Below, piece by piece: positions 31,461 through 40,763 of a stretch of DNA of 64,000 nt. The notes beneath the pieces were generated by a model, which saw only the letters and a program-made list of their open reading frames with translations, did not search any database and was not told where the DNA came from. The DNA is from Desulfomonilia bacterium (GTDB taxonomy: Bacteria > Desulfobacterota > Desulfomonilia > UBA1062): contig CAXXDQ010000002.1 of the NCBI GenBank assembly GCA_963664325.2, positions 96,001-160,000 on the forward strand, read 5' to 3'. The position numbers and the translations under genes were made by a program. Numbering within the stretch: position 1 is the first letter of the stretch; every line of letters starts with the position of its first letter.

Positions 31461-31844
31461 ATGAATGAGACTGTCAACAAAATAATCAAGCCAGCAAAAA
31501 GATTTGAAGAACTGCTGGTCTGGCAGAAAGCACATAAAATGGTTCTTGAAATATATATGATCACAAAAGGTTTTCCAGCTCAGGAGATTTACTGTTTAAC
31601 ATCTCAAATGAGAAGGGCTGCAATATCAATACCTGCTAATATTGCTGAAGGGTTCAAGAAAAAGGGCAAAGCAGACAAGTTGCGTTTCTTAAATATCTCT
31701 CATGGCTCACTTGAAGAACTTAAATACTATTTAATTTTGTCTCATGATCTTGGATATATTTCAAAAAACAATTTAACATTACTAATAGAAGAGGTCAGTA
31801 AACTTATTGAAGGTTATTCAAAAGGGATAAGGAATTCGGAATGA
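31461..31844 (+). CDS. Four-helix-bundle protein (23S rRNA IVP / TIGR02436 family, Avd-like)
   Basis: FEELLVWQKAH…FPAQEIYCLTSQMRRAAISIPANIAEG…RFLNISHGSLEE…DLGYI. Confidence 0.93.
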   Translation: MNETVNKIIKPAKRFEELLVWQKAHKMVLEIYMITKGFPAQEIYCLTSQMRRAAISIPANIAEGFKKKGKADKLRFLNISHGSLEELKYYLILSHDLGYISKNNLTLLIEEVSKLIEGYSKGIRNSE

Positions 31845-31892
31845 CCCTGAATTGTATTCCAGCCGAAATCAGATTGTTTTTATGGTTTTATA

Positions 31893-31915
31893 CTGTCTCC
31901 TGTCTTCTATCTACT
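31893..31915 (-). repeat. Inverted degenerate heptamers matching the upstream array
   Basis: Plus strand C-TGTCTCC-TGTCTTC-TATCTAC-T; the reverse complement reads in CAGGAGA register. Confidence 0.75.
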
Positions 31916-31970
31916 TTTTTACTGATATTGCAAAAGTGTACTTATTAAAAAATATTTAAGGAGTTAGTTT

Positions 31971-34838
31971 ATGGCCACCATACACATCATATCTCACACC
32001 CACTGGGACCGGGAGTGGTATCAGACCTTCCAGCAGTTCAGGATGAGGCTGGTTCATCTGATGGACAAGCTACTGGAAATTCTTAAAAGCGATCCGGAAT
32101 ATAAACATTTCATGCTTGACGGCCAGACCGTGGTGATTGACGATTACCTGGATATAAGGCCTGAAAGGGAGGCTGAACTAAAGAAGTACATCAAAAGCGG
32201 CCGCATACTGATAGGTCCGTGGAGATGCCTGCCCGATGAATTCCTGGTCAGCGGCGAAGCCATGATAAGAAATCTTCTCACCGGAAAAGCCGACTGCAAA
32301 AAGTTCGGTGCCGTCATGCCGATCGGCTATATACCTGACACGTTCGGCCACGTCTCACAGCTTCCTCAGATTTTCGCAGGTTTTGGATTCAAGGCAGCAT
32401 CGTTCGCCAGGGGTCTGTCCGAGGAGCCGGTTGAGCTGATCTGGGAGGCGCCGGACGGCACGAGCGTGCTCCTGTCTTACCTCAGAGACCATTATGGAAA
32501 TGCAACATTCTACCCTGCAAAAACAGGCGATAATTCTCCGAATGAACTCAAGGCGATCATTGACTCATTGCTCCCGCATGTAAAAACAGGGCATGTACTG
32601 CTCATGCAGGGCACGGACCATGTTGAGCCGGACAGGACAACGCCTGCACATCTGGAAAAGGCCCGTAAGGCTCTAATGGAGCATACGATACTCCACTCCA
32701 CCCTTATCGAATATTTCAATGGGGTCTTTTCTGAAATTGAAAAGCAGGGCCTGAAACTTCCTTTTATCAAAGGCGAACTGCGCTCACCAATCAGAAACCA
32801 CCTCCTTCCGGGCGTGCTCTCTATGAGGATGTGGATCAAGCAGGACAACCATGAATGCGAGGCCTTGCTAGAAAAGCTTGCTGAACCGCTGAGCGCCTGG
32901 ATGTCTGCTCTGAAATGGGAAAACGTTGAACTAGAAAAATTCAAAGATTCTTGGCTTATCAGCAATATATACCCGTTTGTGAAAAGGGCCTGGAAGATGC
33001 TGCTTGAATGTCACCCCCATGATTCCATTTGCGGCTGCTCCATTGACCAGGTTCATGAGGAAATGCACTCGCGCTTCGACCAGGTTATGCAGATAGGAGG
33101 GGAGGTAACGCGTCACGCCCTGAGCTCTCTGGGAATGAATGTCAGCACCTCATCGGTTGCGGGTTCGGAAAAGCTGTTTTCATCGGTGCTTGTTTACAAT
33201 CCTGTCACGCAAGCAGCCACGGGAACAGTAGTCGCGAATGTGCTTTTGCCTCTCGGGTCGGAATCTGTCGAGGTCATAGACCATGAAGGAAATGTTATCC
33301 CCCATGAAATTATCGAACCTGCCCAGTCTGAAGATTATTTCAATTCGCCCCTGGATAAGGGAGGCATACTGGGCATGATTGAAATGGCGACACTCGGCAA
33401 GCTGCCTGATATCGTAAAGGTATACGATATCAGTGCTGAAAGAATCGGGGAATGCCTTAAGCTGGAGATCGGCATTTGCGAGGTTGCCGAGGCCGTTGCC
33501 GATGTGCTTGCCGGAATGGATGAGAAGATCGAGGCCTGGCTGAATGACGATTCCATAAAGAGCTATCATCTGCATGTCATGATAAATAAACCGGCTGCAA
33601 TAAGATTTCTGGCCAGAGATGTCCCAGGGCTCGGGTATGCGTCATTCGGTATCAGGAAATCGGATTCCTCCCGGGTGTCATCATATCTCAATTCCACAAT
33701 GATCGAAAATGGCATGTTCAACATTAAGGCAGACCCGGAAACCGGCACCATAACCCTGACTGACAAGAGAACAGGAATTACATACAAGGGGCTCAACAGC
33801 TTCTCGGACGGCGGCAACAAGGGTGATGAGTATAATTACTGTCCCCCCGAAAATGATGTTATCATAACTTCCGGCGAGGCGGAGATGCTTTCAATAGTTG
33901 CCGAGGAAACACCATGCACAAAAACGCTTGAGATCCACAAGATACTAAACATCCCGCAGAGCCTGACCGAAGACAGAAAATCAAGGGACGAGATAACACT
34001 GCCCCTGGAGATAGTCACCCGCGCGTCGATATCGGAAGGTGTTGAAAGGATCGACATAGACACTTATGTGGACAACCCCTCTGGCGATCACAGGTTGAGG
34101 GTTCATTTCCCAACGCATTTTAAAGTTGAATCTGCTTTCTATGACTCTCATTTCGATGTCATCGAAAGGCCGCTAGGATGTGCACCTCCGAACCCTGCAT
34201 GGCCTGAAGATGCAAGGCCTGAAGTTCCCCAGAAGGCTTTCACGGATGTGACCGACGGTGAAAACGGGTTTATGATTGCCAACAGGGGTCTGCCCGAGGT
34301 TGAAGTTATAGATAAGGCTGATGGTACGGAGATTGCCGTTACCCTTCTGAACTGCGTCGGATGGCTCTCCCGTGACGATTTTGCAAACCGCAGAGGACAT
34401 GCGGGGCCGCCGCTGACTCCGACTCCCGCTGCGCAGATGATAGGTGGTCATGTCTTTTACTATTCGATAATTCCGCATAAGGGCGGTTATGGCAATGCCG
34501 CAAACCTTGCATATTCATTCAATTCTCCGGTGACTGCCCTGTTGACGACAGTACATGAAGGAGACCTCCCTGTCAGGGCGTCAATGCTTGAAGTTCAGCC
34601 GGCATCATTCGTTGTAAGCGCGATCAAGCCCTCCGAAGACGGTAAAGGCATAATCGTGCGCGGCTACAGCATTGCAGATGAAACCACACGGGTTTCCCTG
34701 AAGCCCCTAATGAAATTTGAAACTGCAGTAAGGTCGATGCTTGACGAGACACCAATTAGAAAAATCGCCATACGGGATGACGGGAGCGTTTGCTTTTCAG
34801 CAAAGCCGAGAGAGATCGTTACCGTAAGGCTCAAATGA
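31971..34838 (+). CDS. GH38 alpha-mannosidase / mannosylglycerate hydrolase-like
   Basis: HIISHTHWDREWY, LDGQT, PDTFGH, HPHDSICGCS. Confidence 0.92.
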   Translation: MATIHIISHTHWDREWYQTFQQFRMRLVHLMDKLLEILKSDPEYKHFMLDGQTVVIDDYLDIRPEREAELKKYIKSGRILIGPWRCLPDEFLVSGEAMIRNLLTGKADCKKFGAVMPIGYIPDTFGHVSQLPQIFAGFGFKAASFARGLSEEPVELIWEAPDGTSVLLSYLRDHYGNATFYPAKTGDNSPNELKAIIDSLLPHVKTGHVLLMQGTDHVEPDRTTPAHLEKARKALMEHTILHSTLIEYFNGVFSEIEKQGLKLPFIKGELRSPIRNHLLPGVLSMRMWIKQDNHECEALLEKLAEPLSAWMSALKWENVELEKFKDSWLISNIYPFVKRAWKMLLECHPHDSICGCSIDQVHEEMHSRFDQVMQIGGEVTRHALSSLGMNVSTSSVAGSEKLFSSVLVYNPVTQAATGTVVANVLLPLGSESVEVIDHEGNVIPHEIIEPAQSEDYFNSPLDKGGILGMIEMATLGKLPDIVKVYDISAERIGECLKLEIGICEVAEAVADVLAGMDEKIEAWLNDDSIKSYHLHVMINKPAAIRFLARDVPGLGYASFGIRKSDSSRVSSYLNSTMIENGMFNIKADPETGTITLTDKRTGITYKGLNSFSDGGNKGDEYNYCPPENDVIITSGEAEMLSIVAEETPCTKTLEIHKILNIPQSLTEDRKSRDEITLPLEIVTRASISEGVERIDIDTYVDNPSGDHRLRVHFPTHFKVESAFYDSHFDVIERPLGCAPPNPAWPEDARPEVPQKAFTDVTDGENGFMIANRGLPEVEVIDKADGTEIAVTLLNCVGWLSRDDFANRRGHAGPPLTPTPAAQMIGGHVFYYSIIPHKGGYGNAANLAYSFNSPVTALLTTVHEGDLPVRASMLEVQPASFVVSAIKPSEDGKGIIVRGYSIADETTRVSLKPLMKFETAVRSMLDETPIRKIAIRDDGSVCFSAKPREIVTVRLK

Positions 34839-34894
34839 GAAAAACTTGTGACATATCATGCCACGCTGCATTACAAGGCATATAAAGGTGACCT

Positions 34895-35311
34895 ATGTCA
34901 GAACTTGTAAGATTCGGCGTATCGGTTGAAAAAGGTCTGCTGGATAAATTCGATCGCCTTATCAGGGACAGGAGCTACACCAACCGCTCCGAGGCGATCA
35001 GGGACCTTATCCGGCAGGAGCTGGTCAAGGACGAATGGGAAGAGGGTCAGGACGTGGCAGGCGCAATCACTTTCATATACGACCACCACAAGCGGGACCT
35101 GCTTCACACTCTGGCCCATATACAGCACGACTATCAGGACACGATAATATCTTCACAGCACATCCACCTCGACCATGACAACTGCCTTGAAATAATCGCT
35201 GTAAAGGGAAAGGCTGCAGAAGTCGTAGCCCTTGCCTATGCGCTTCGCTCGGTCAAGGGTGTCCGCCACGGTGATCTGAGCATGACAAGCACGGGTAAGG
35301 CGATAGACTGA
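34895..35311 (+). CDS. nikR: Nickel-responsive regulator NikR
   Basis: RFGVSV…NRSEAIRDLIR ribbon-helix-helix; QH…HIHLDHDNCLEII Ni site. Confidence 0.96.
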   Translation: MSELVRFGVSVEKGLLDKFDRLIRDRSYTNRSEAIRDLIRQELVKDEWEEGQDVAGAITFIYDHHKRDLLHTLAHIQHDYQDTIISSQHIHLDHDNCLEIIAVKGKAAEVVALAYALRSVKGVRHGDLSMTSTGKAID

Positions 35312-35347
35312 GACGTATGAATGCTGACCAGCAGGGAATGTATTATC

Positions 35348-36199
35348 CTATTGCTGGCCGATAAAGGCTTCAATCATCCCTGCAACCGTGCCGGCGGCCC
35401 TGCCGTTCAGGTGAAGGTGGTCGGTCAGCAGGTAGTAGCCGTGGATTTCAGAAATCTTATCGTAGCTCTGTCCGAGAAAGAAATGCCTTGCGATTGAGCG
35501 GTACATGACAAAGTCTTCAGGCGAATATGAAAATCTCGGCCTGTGGCCGCTTGCAATAAGCATTTCAGTAAGCTTCTCGTTAAGCGGAATATAAGTCATG
35601 CCTTCTTTTATAGCGACATCTTTGATTATGGCGCTGAATTCCTGGGCAAGCTTGAATGCCGGATGTTCAGGTTCTTCACCGATAGGCGGGATTGACAGGA
35701 GCGCAATCCTTGCCTTTGTGCGGGTTTTGAGCGTTTCGCAAAGCTTTGTAAGATTTTCCCTGAACCATATCTTGTCCGGTCTTTGCGGTATACCCTGGTC
35801 CTTGAACTGCCTTTTAGCGACAACAGGGCTGAACGTGCCGTTTGTGTCGTTCGTGCCTATCAGTATTGTAATATAGTCCGGGTTGCAGGCGATAATCTCG
35901 TCGGTTCTTTTAAGGACATTCCATGCAGTTTCACCGTTTATGCCCGCGTTGACGACGGCAATGTTCTTTGAGGCCAGTGCGTTCCTTAGTATTCTAACAT
36001 AATCATAGCTGACGGTCCCGTGAGTGATGCTGTCGCCCACGCATACCAGCACCTTCTGGCCGGGCTGTTTGCCGCCCTTGCCGATGAATTCCCTGGGATT
36101 GTTTTCGGGAAGCTTCTGCGCCCGGTTATAGGCATATTCATATACGACAAAGAAAATTACGATGAGAATGACAACGGCTGCCAGTATTTTTTTAACCAT
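35348..36199 (-). CDS. SGNH/GDSL hydrolase, membrane-anchored
   Basis: GDSIT, NAGINGE, IGTND, DHLH catalytic blocks. Confidence 0.9.
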   Translation of the reverse strand: MVKKILAAVVILIVIFFVVYEYAYNRAQKLPENNPREFIGKGGKQPGQKVLVCVGDSITHGTVSYDYVRILRNALASKNIAVVNAGINGETAWNVLKRTDEIIACNPDYITILIGTNDTNGTFSPVVAKRQFKDQGIPQRPDKIWFRENLTKLCETLKTRTKARIALLSIPPIGEEPEHPAFKLAQEFSAIIKDVAIKEGMTYIPLNEKLTEMLIASGHRPRFSYSPEDFVMYRSIARHFFLGQSYDKISEIHGYYLLTDHLHLNGRAAGTVAGMIEAFIGQQ

Positions 36200-36201
36200 G
36201 A

Positions 36202-37191
36202 TTATACCCTCCTGAAAGGTTCGATAATGCTTCCATCAGCAACGGTTGTTCCTTCAATAACAGCGCTATGGCCGATAGTGCAGTTTATTCCGACAGCTGA
36301 ATCCTTTACCCATGCACCAGGCATTATAACCGTATTTTTTCCCACATGGCTTTTACCCATAATATGAACACCGGGCCATATTTCAGAGTCGCGGCCAATT
36401 GTCGCTTCGGGGCCAATCCATGTGCAACCGGGAGCCTTGATAGAAACGCCTTCTGCCATGTGCTTCAGGTTGATCCTTTCCTGCATCACTGAGGCTGCGT
36501 ACGCAAGCTGGTCTCTCGAATTGATGCCGTTCGCCTCGTCCGCCTCCCTGGTCTCGGCTCCGACAACGCCTTTTGCCATTTTCACGATGTCGGTAAGGTA
36601 GTATTCACCTTTTGCATTATTATTATTCAGACGGCCTGCCGCTTCGATTAGGAATTTCCTGTTTACGATATAGATGCTGGTATTCACTTCATCAATGGTC
36701 TTTATTTCAGCGGTTGCATCGATTTCTTCGACTATGGCTGTGACATATCCCGAGCTGTCGCGGATTATCCGGCCATATCCGGCCGGGATAGGCAGTCTTG
36801 CCGTGAGGACCCCCATCTGTGCGCCGGAAGGTTTGTATATCTCTATCAGTCTTTCTATGGATTCCTTTCTTATAAGGGGCATATCGCCGGGGATAATGAT
36901 TATGTCGTCGGCATGGGTTTTCTCGAGCAGTTCGCGCGCCGACAGCACGGCATGGCCTGTGCCTAGCGGCGGGTCCTGAACGGCTGTCTTTATGCCCATT
37001 GAAGAAAGATAGGGACCGACCTGAACACTACCGTGGCCTATGACACCTATAATGTCAGTGCCCAGTGAGAAGCCTATGGAAACCGGGTACCAGACAAGCG
37101 GGTAACCCAGGATTTCATGCATGACTTTTGATTTATCCGACTTCATCCTGGTGCCCTTGCCGGCAGCCAGTATAAGGGTTGATATGCTCAT
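36202..37191 (-). CDS. glmU: GlmU-like GlcNAc-1-P uridyltransferase, C-terminally truncated
   Basis: ILAAGKGTRMKS, LGTGHAV, GYGRIIR, NNAKGEYYLTD; only the first hexapeptide coils are present; 329 aa. Confidence 0.8.
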   Translation of the reverse strand: MSISTLILAAGKGTRMKSDKSKVMHEILGYPLVWYPVSIGFSLGTDIIGVIGHGSVQVGPYLSSMGIKTAVQDPPLGTGHAVLSARELLEKTHADDIIIIPGDMPLIRKESIERLIEIYKPSGAQMGVLTARLPIPAGYGRIIRDSSGYVTAIVEEIDATAEIKTIDEVNTSIYIVNRKFLIEAAGRLNNNNAKGEYYLTDIVKMAKGVVGAETREADEANGINSRDQLAYAASVMQERINLKHMAEGVSIKAPGCTWIGPEATIGRDSEIWPGVHIMGKSHVGKNTVIMPGAWVKDSAVGINCTIGHSAVIEGTTVADGSIIEPFRRV

Positions 37192-37326
37192 GGATCAGAA
37201 AAATAACATATCGGCCTTTTAATGGCAATTGGCGTTAAAGTGGCAGCTGTTTTTTCTTGTCTGTGCGGGTGGCATTGTTTTGTGTTATACCGGCAATATT
37301 CTCCGAGTCTGATTAGGGAGGTCTTT

Positions 37327-38925
37327 ATGGGAACGAGTATGAAAATTTCCTTACTGGTGATCCTGGTATTTATTTTATCTTCATGCAGCACAACAAAGCC
37401 GCATCCGTTCAACCCGCAGGCCGAAAGGCAGATGGAACTTGTCGTCGTAAACACATTAAGCGGTCAGGTTGCTGGTTATATAACCGATAACAGGATCGAT
37501 GCGTTTCTCGGAATTCCCTATGCCAAACCGCCCAAGGGCGATTTGAGGTTTGCGCCTCCTGTAGAAATAGAACCCTGGGCGGATGTAAAGCCTGCAACCC
37601 GTTTTGGTCCGTCATGCCCTCAGATCAAAGATGAGTTTGAACCCTCATCACTTCTTTACCAGGATGAGGACTGCCTTAGCCTGAATATCTGGACACCCGG
37701 GGCGGATGATAAGAAAAGGCCGGTCATAATCTATATACACGGAGGCGGTTTCGTTAACGGCGGTACCGGTGATCCGTTATACAACGGTTCATATATATCA
37801 AAACGGGGTGATATTGTTTTTGCCAGCGTCAATTATCGTATCAATGCGTTGGGCTATCTCTATCTCGAGGACTTCGGACAGGAATTCAAAGGCTCAGGAA
37901 ACATAGCCGTTCAGGACCAGCTGATGGGCATCAGGTGGATAAAGAACAACATTGCAAAATTCGGCGGCGATCCCGATAACATAACCATCATGGGCGAATC
38001 GGCGGGCAGTGCGAGCGTTATGGTGCTCATGGGGCTGCCCCAGGCGAAGGGACTCTTTGCCAAAGCCATTGCCGAAAGCGGCGGATGCAATCTTGTCAGG
38101 ACCAGGGAGCAGGCCTCGCGCTATACCAAGCAGTTCCTCAAGGCGGCAGGCGTCAAGGATGTCGCCTCCCTCAGGAAGCTTACACCGGATGAGATTGAAA
38201 AGGCGGTTGAAAAGCAGCTTGACGAGGCGGGTTTCGAGGCTGACCTTGTTTTTGCGCCGGTAGTGGACGGGAACATCATCCCCATTGATCCTTTAAAGGC
38301 GATTGACAGCGGGTCCGCCAGAGGGATCACCTTTTTAAACGGCACCAATCATGATGAATACCGCTACTGGATAAACTACTCATGGATGTTGAGGTTCATT
38401 TCCATGAGCACCATACTCAAAGCCGTTCCGGACGTGAAGGCCAGGCTCGGCGGCAAGGATAAGGAGCTGATTGAATTCTACAAGAAGAAGAATCCGCACT
38501 CTGGCATCAGTGACGGCATGTTCGAATTCGCCACGGATCTGATGTTCCTGATTCCGCATATTCAGGTGTCCGTTGCCCAGTCGAAATATGCAAATGTCTG
38601 GATGTACCGCTTCGACTGGAGGTCTCAGGTCAAGGATTATTTCGGAGCCTGCCATGCAATCGAACTGCCGTTCGTATTGAAGACGTTCGACTCGCCGACC
38701 CGCTGGCAGATAGTGGGCCCGAATCCTCCGATGGGCCTTTCCGATACGATGCAGGATGCATGGGTGGCGTTTGCCCGCACCGGCAATCCGAATCATGCGG
38801 GCATGGAGAAATGGCCACGATATGAGGCCGGACAGCGGGCCACCATGATATTCAATACTAATTCCATGGTTGAGAACGACCCGGAAAAGGATGTGAGGCT
38901 CATCTATAAGGGCATCACGTACTAA
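37327..38925 (+). CDS. Type-B carboxylesterase/lipase, lipoprotein
   Basis: Lipobox LSSC; FLGIPYA, EDCLSLNIW, HGGGF, GESAG, ACHAIEL; start after GGAGG. Confidence 0.92.
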   Translation: MGTSMKISLLVILVFILSSCSTTKPHPFNPQAERQMELVVVNTLSGQVAGYITDNRIDAFLGIPYAKPPKGDLRFAPPVEIEPWADVKPATRFGPSCPQIKDEFEPSSLLYQDEDCLSLNIWTPGADDKKRPVIIYIHGGGFVNGGTGDPLYNGSYISKRGDIVFASVNYRINALGYLYLEDFGQEFKGSGNIAVQDQLMGIRWIKNNIAKFGGDPDNITIMGESAGSASVMVLMGLPQAKGLFAKAIAESGGCNLVRTREQASRYTKQFLKAAGVKDVASLRKLTPDEIEKAVEKQLDEAGFEADLVFAPVVDGNIIPIDPLKAIDSGSARGITFLNGTNHDEYRYWINYSWMLRFISMSTILKAVPDVKARLGGKDKELIEFYKKKNPHSGISDGMFEFATDLMFLIPHIQVSVAQSKYANVWMYRFDWRSQVKDYFGACHAIELPFVLKTFDSPTRWQIVGPNPPMGLSDTMQDAWVAFARTGNPNHAGMEKWPRYEAGQRATMIFNTNSMVENDPEKDVRLIYKGITY

Positions 38926-39024
38926 CGCTTTTGGTTCTTTGCCGGAATCGGTACCGGGGCGCTTGAATAAAGGGACCTTAAGATGTATGTTGTTTAATAT
39001 ACATAATAACTTAATACATTGTGT

Positions 39025-39150
39025 TTACAGGGCGTAAGAACAAAGCAGACCGAGGAGAGACGAAATCGAGGAGTGAGGCATACTTTCATGGTATGCCGCA
39101 ACGACGAGATGAGGAGCGACAAAGGTATGCACAGTTATGACGCCATGTAT
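39025..39150. repeat. Structured MITE/REP-like intergenic element
   Basis: Imperfect terminal inverted repeat (13/17) and central hairpin GGCATAC-loop-GTATGCC; partial second copy at 62763-62814. Confidence 0.65.
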
Positions 39151-39175
39151 AAAATCCCCATAAGGAGTGTGCCTG

Positions 39176-40555
39176 ATGGAAGGAAAAAAGCTCTCGGTTG
39201 GAGTTAAAGCCGGGTACGGTGTATGCGATTTCGGGGGGAACCTGTTTTTTACAGCCACTGCATTTGTTCTGTTGAACTATATCACCGATACGATGGGGCT
39301 TGCTGCAGGGCTTGCAGGTACGGCCCTTTTTATAGGAAGGGTATGGGATGCCTTCTATGACCCTATTCTGGGTTATTTCTCGGACAAGACAAAAACGCGA
39401 TTGGGAAGGCGCAGGCCATACATGCTTGCAGGCGCTATACCTCTTTTTATTGCAATGGTGCTCATGTTTACAAATCCGGCCTTTTTCAAGCAGGGCATGA
39501 GCCAGACCGCCATGTTCATATTCACCACTGTAGTTTACGTAATTCTCTGCACCGCCTATTCAACGGTCAACATACCATATTCTTCGCTTTCCCCTGAACT
39601 CACGGATGACTACCATGAAAGGACATCGCTGAACGGCTTCAGGTTCGGTTTCGCCGCCATAGGTACGCTTGTCGGTGCAGGGGCTGCCTGGCCCATTGTA
39701 GGACTTTTAAAGGACAAGAACATGGGCTTTGTGCTTCTGGGGATAGTCTACGGCGGCATAATGCTGATTACGGCCCTGATCACGGTATTCACTGTTAAGG
39801 AACCCGAGAACCTCAAACCTGCAAAATCCAGGGGCTTCATAGAAACATACAAACAGGTCTTCAAGAACGGACCCTATCTTCTGATACTTGCAACCTATAT
39901 CCTTCATATTGTCGCCATAACCATCGTAAGCGGGGTTGCGGTCTACTATTTCGATTATATACTGGCTGCAAGGCAGACCATCGATGCCAAGGCGCAGACA
40001 ACACTGGCCATGCTCATACTCATAGGAGTAGCATTTGTTTTCATCCCCATCAGCGTTATTCTTAGCAAAAAAATTGGAAAGAAGCTTGTCTATGGCATTG
40101 GCTTCATTGTTGTCGCGGCGGTACTCCTGGTGCTCTTCGCCGTTGGGCACAGGCTTCCCGTTAGCTTTACACTGGGCATGATGGGGGTGATGGGGACGGG
40201 TTTTGGATTTACCTATGCACTTCCGTATGCAATTGTTGCAGATGCTATTGAATATGATTATATGCGGACAGGCGAGCGCAGGGAAGGATCTTTCTTCGGC
40301 ATATGGACATGGGGTCTCAAGCTCGGGCAGGCGCTGGCAGCGCTCTCGATGGGCTGGATCCTTCAGGTCATGGGTTATGTCAAGGAAGCGCTTCCGCAGT
40401 CACCATCCGCCGAACTCGGCATCAGGCTTCTTCTCGGGCCGATACCGGCGGCGGTTTTCATACTGGCAGTAGTCGCCCTTTATTTTTACCCGATAACTGA
40501 AAAACGTTATGAAGAGATTAAGGAACAGATCAAGAAGATGGAAGAGACGAAATAA
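39176..40555 (+). CDS. GPH-family (MelB-like) MFS sugar/glycoside:cation symporter
   Basis: GYGVCDFG, WDAFYDPILG…SDKTKTRLGRRRPY, NIPYSSL…ERTSL, TGERREG; start after AGGAG. Confidence 0.92.
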   Translation: MEGKKLSVGVKAGYGVCDFGGNLFFTATAFVLLNYITDTMGLAAGLAGTALFIGRVWDAFYDPILGYFSDKTKTRLGRRRPYMLAGAIPLFIAMVLMFTNPAFFKQGMSQTAMFIFTTVVYVILCTAYSTVNIPYSSLSPELTDDYHERTSLNGFRFGFAAIGTLVGAGAAWPIVGLLKDKNMGFVLLGIVYGGIMLITALITVFTVKEPENLKPAKSRGFIETYKQVFKNGPYLLILATYILHIVAITIVSGVAVYYFDYILAARQTIDAKAQTTLAMLILIGVAFVFIPISVILSKKIGKKLVYGIGFIVVAAVLLVLFAVGHRLPVSFTLGMMGVMGTGFGFTYALPYAIVADAIEYDYMRTGERREGSFFGIWTWGLKLGQALAALSMGWILQVMGYVKEALPQSPSAELGIRLLLGPIPAAVFILAVVALYFYPITEKRYEEIKEQIKKMEETK

Positions 40556-40562
40556 TAACAAC

Positions 40563-40688
40563 CAGGGGGCAGAAAACAGGAGATAGGAGACAGGAGACAG
40601 CAGTCAGGAGTCAGTAGAAAGACTGAAAACATTAACCCATGACTGGATATAAAGGGATTATATTTTGATTCCTGTTTCCTGACTGCTA
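40563..40688. repeat. Gene-less inverted heptamer element
   Basis: Eight in-register degenerate YAGGAGA-type units, about 47-nt spacer, then inverted TGATTCC-TGTTTCC-TGACTGC-TA. Confidence 0.8.
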
Positions 40689-40763
40689 TTTTGATTTTTT
40701 CAAGTGCTTGGAAAACATATTCCGATTGACTAGATAAAATAATTGTTAAAAGACGAGGAATAT

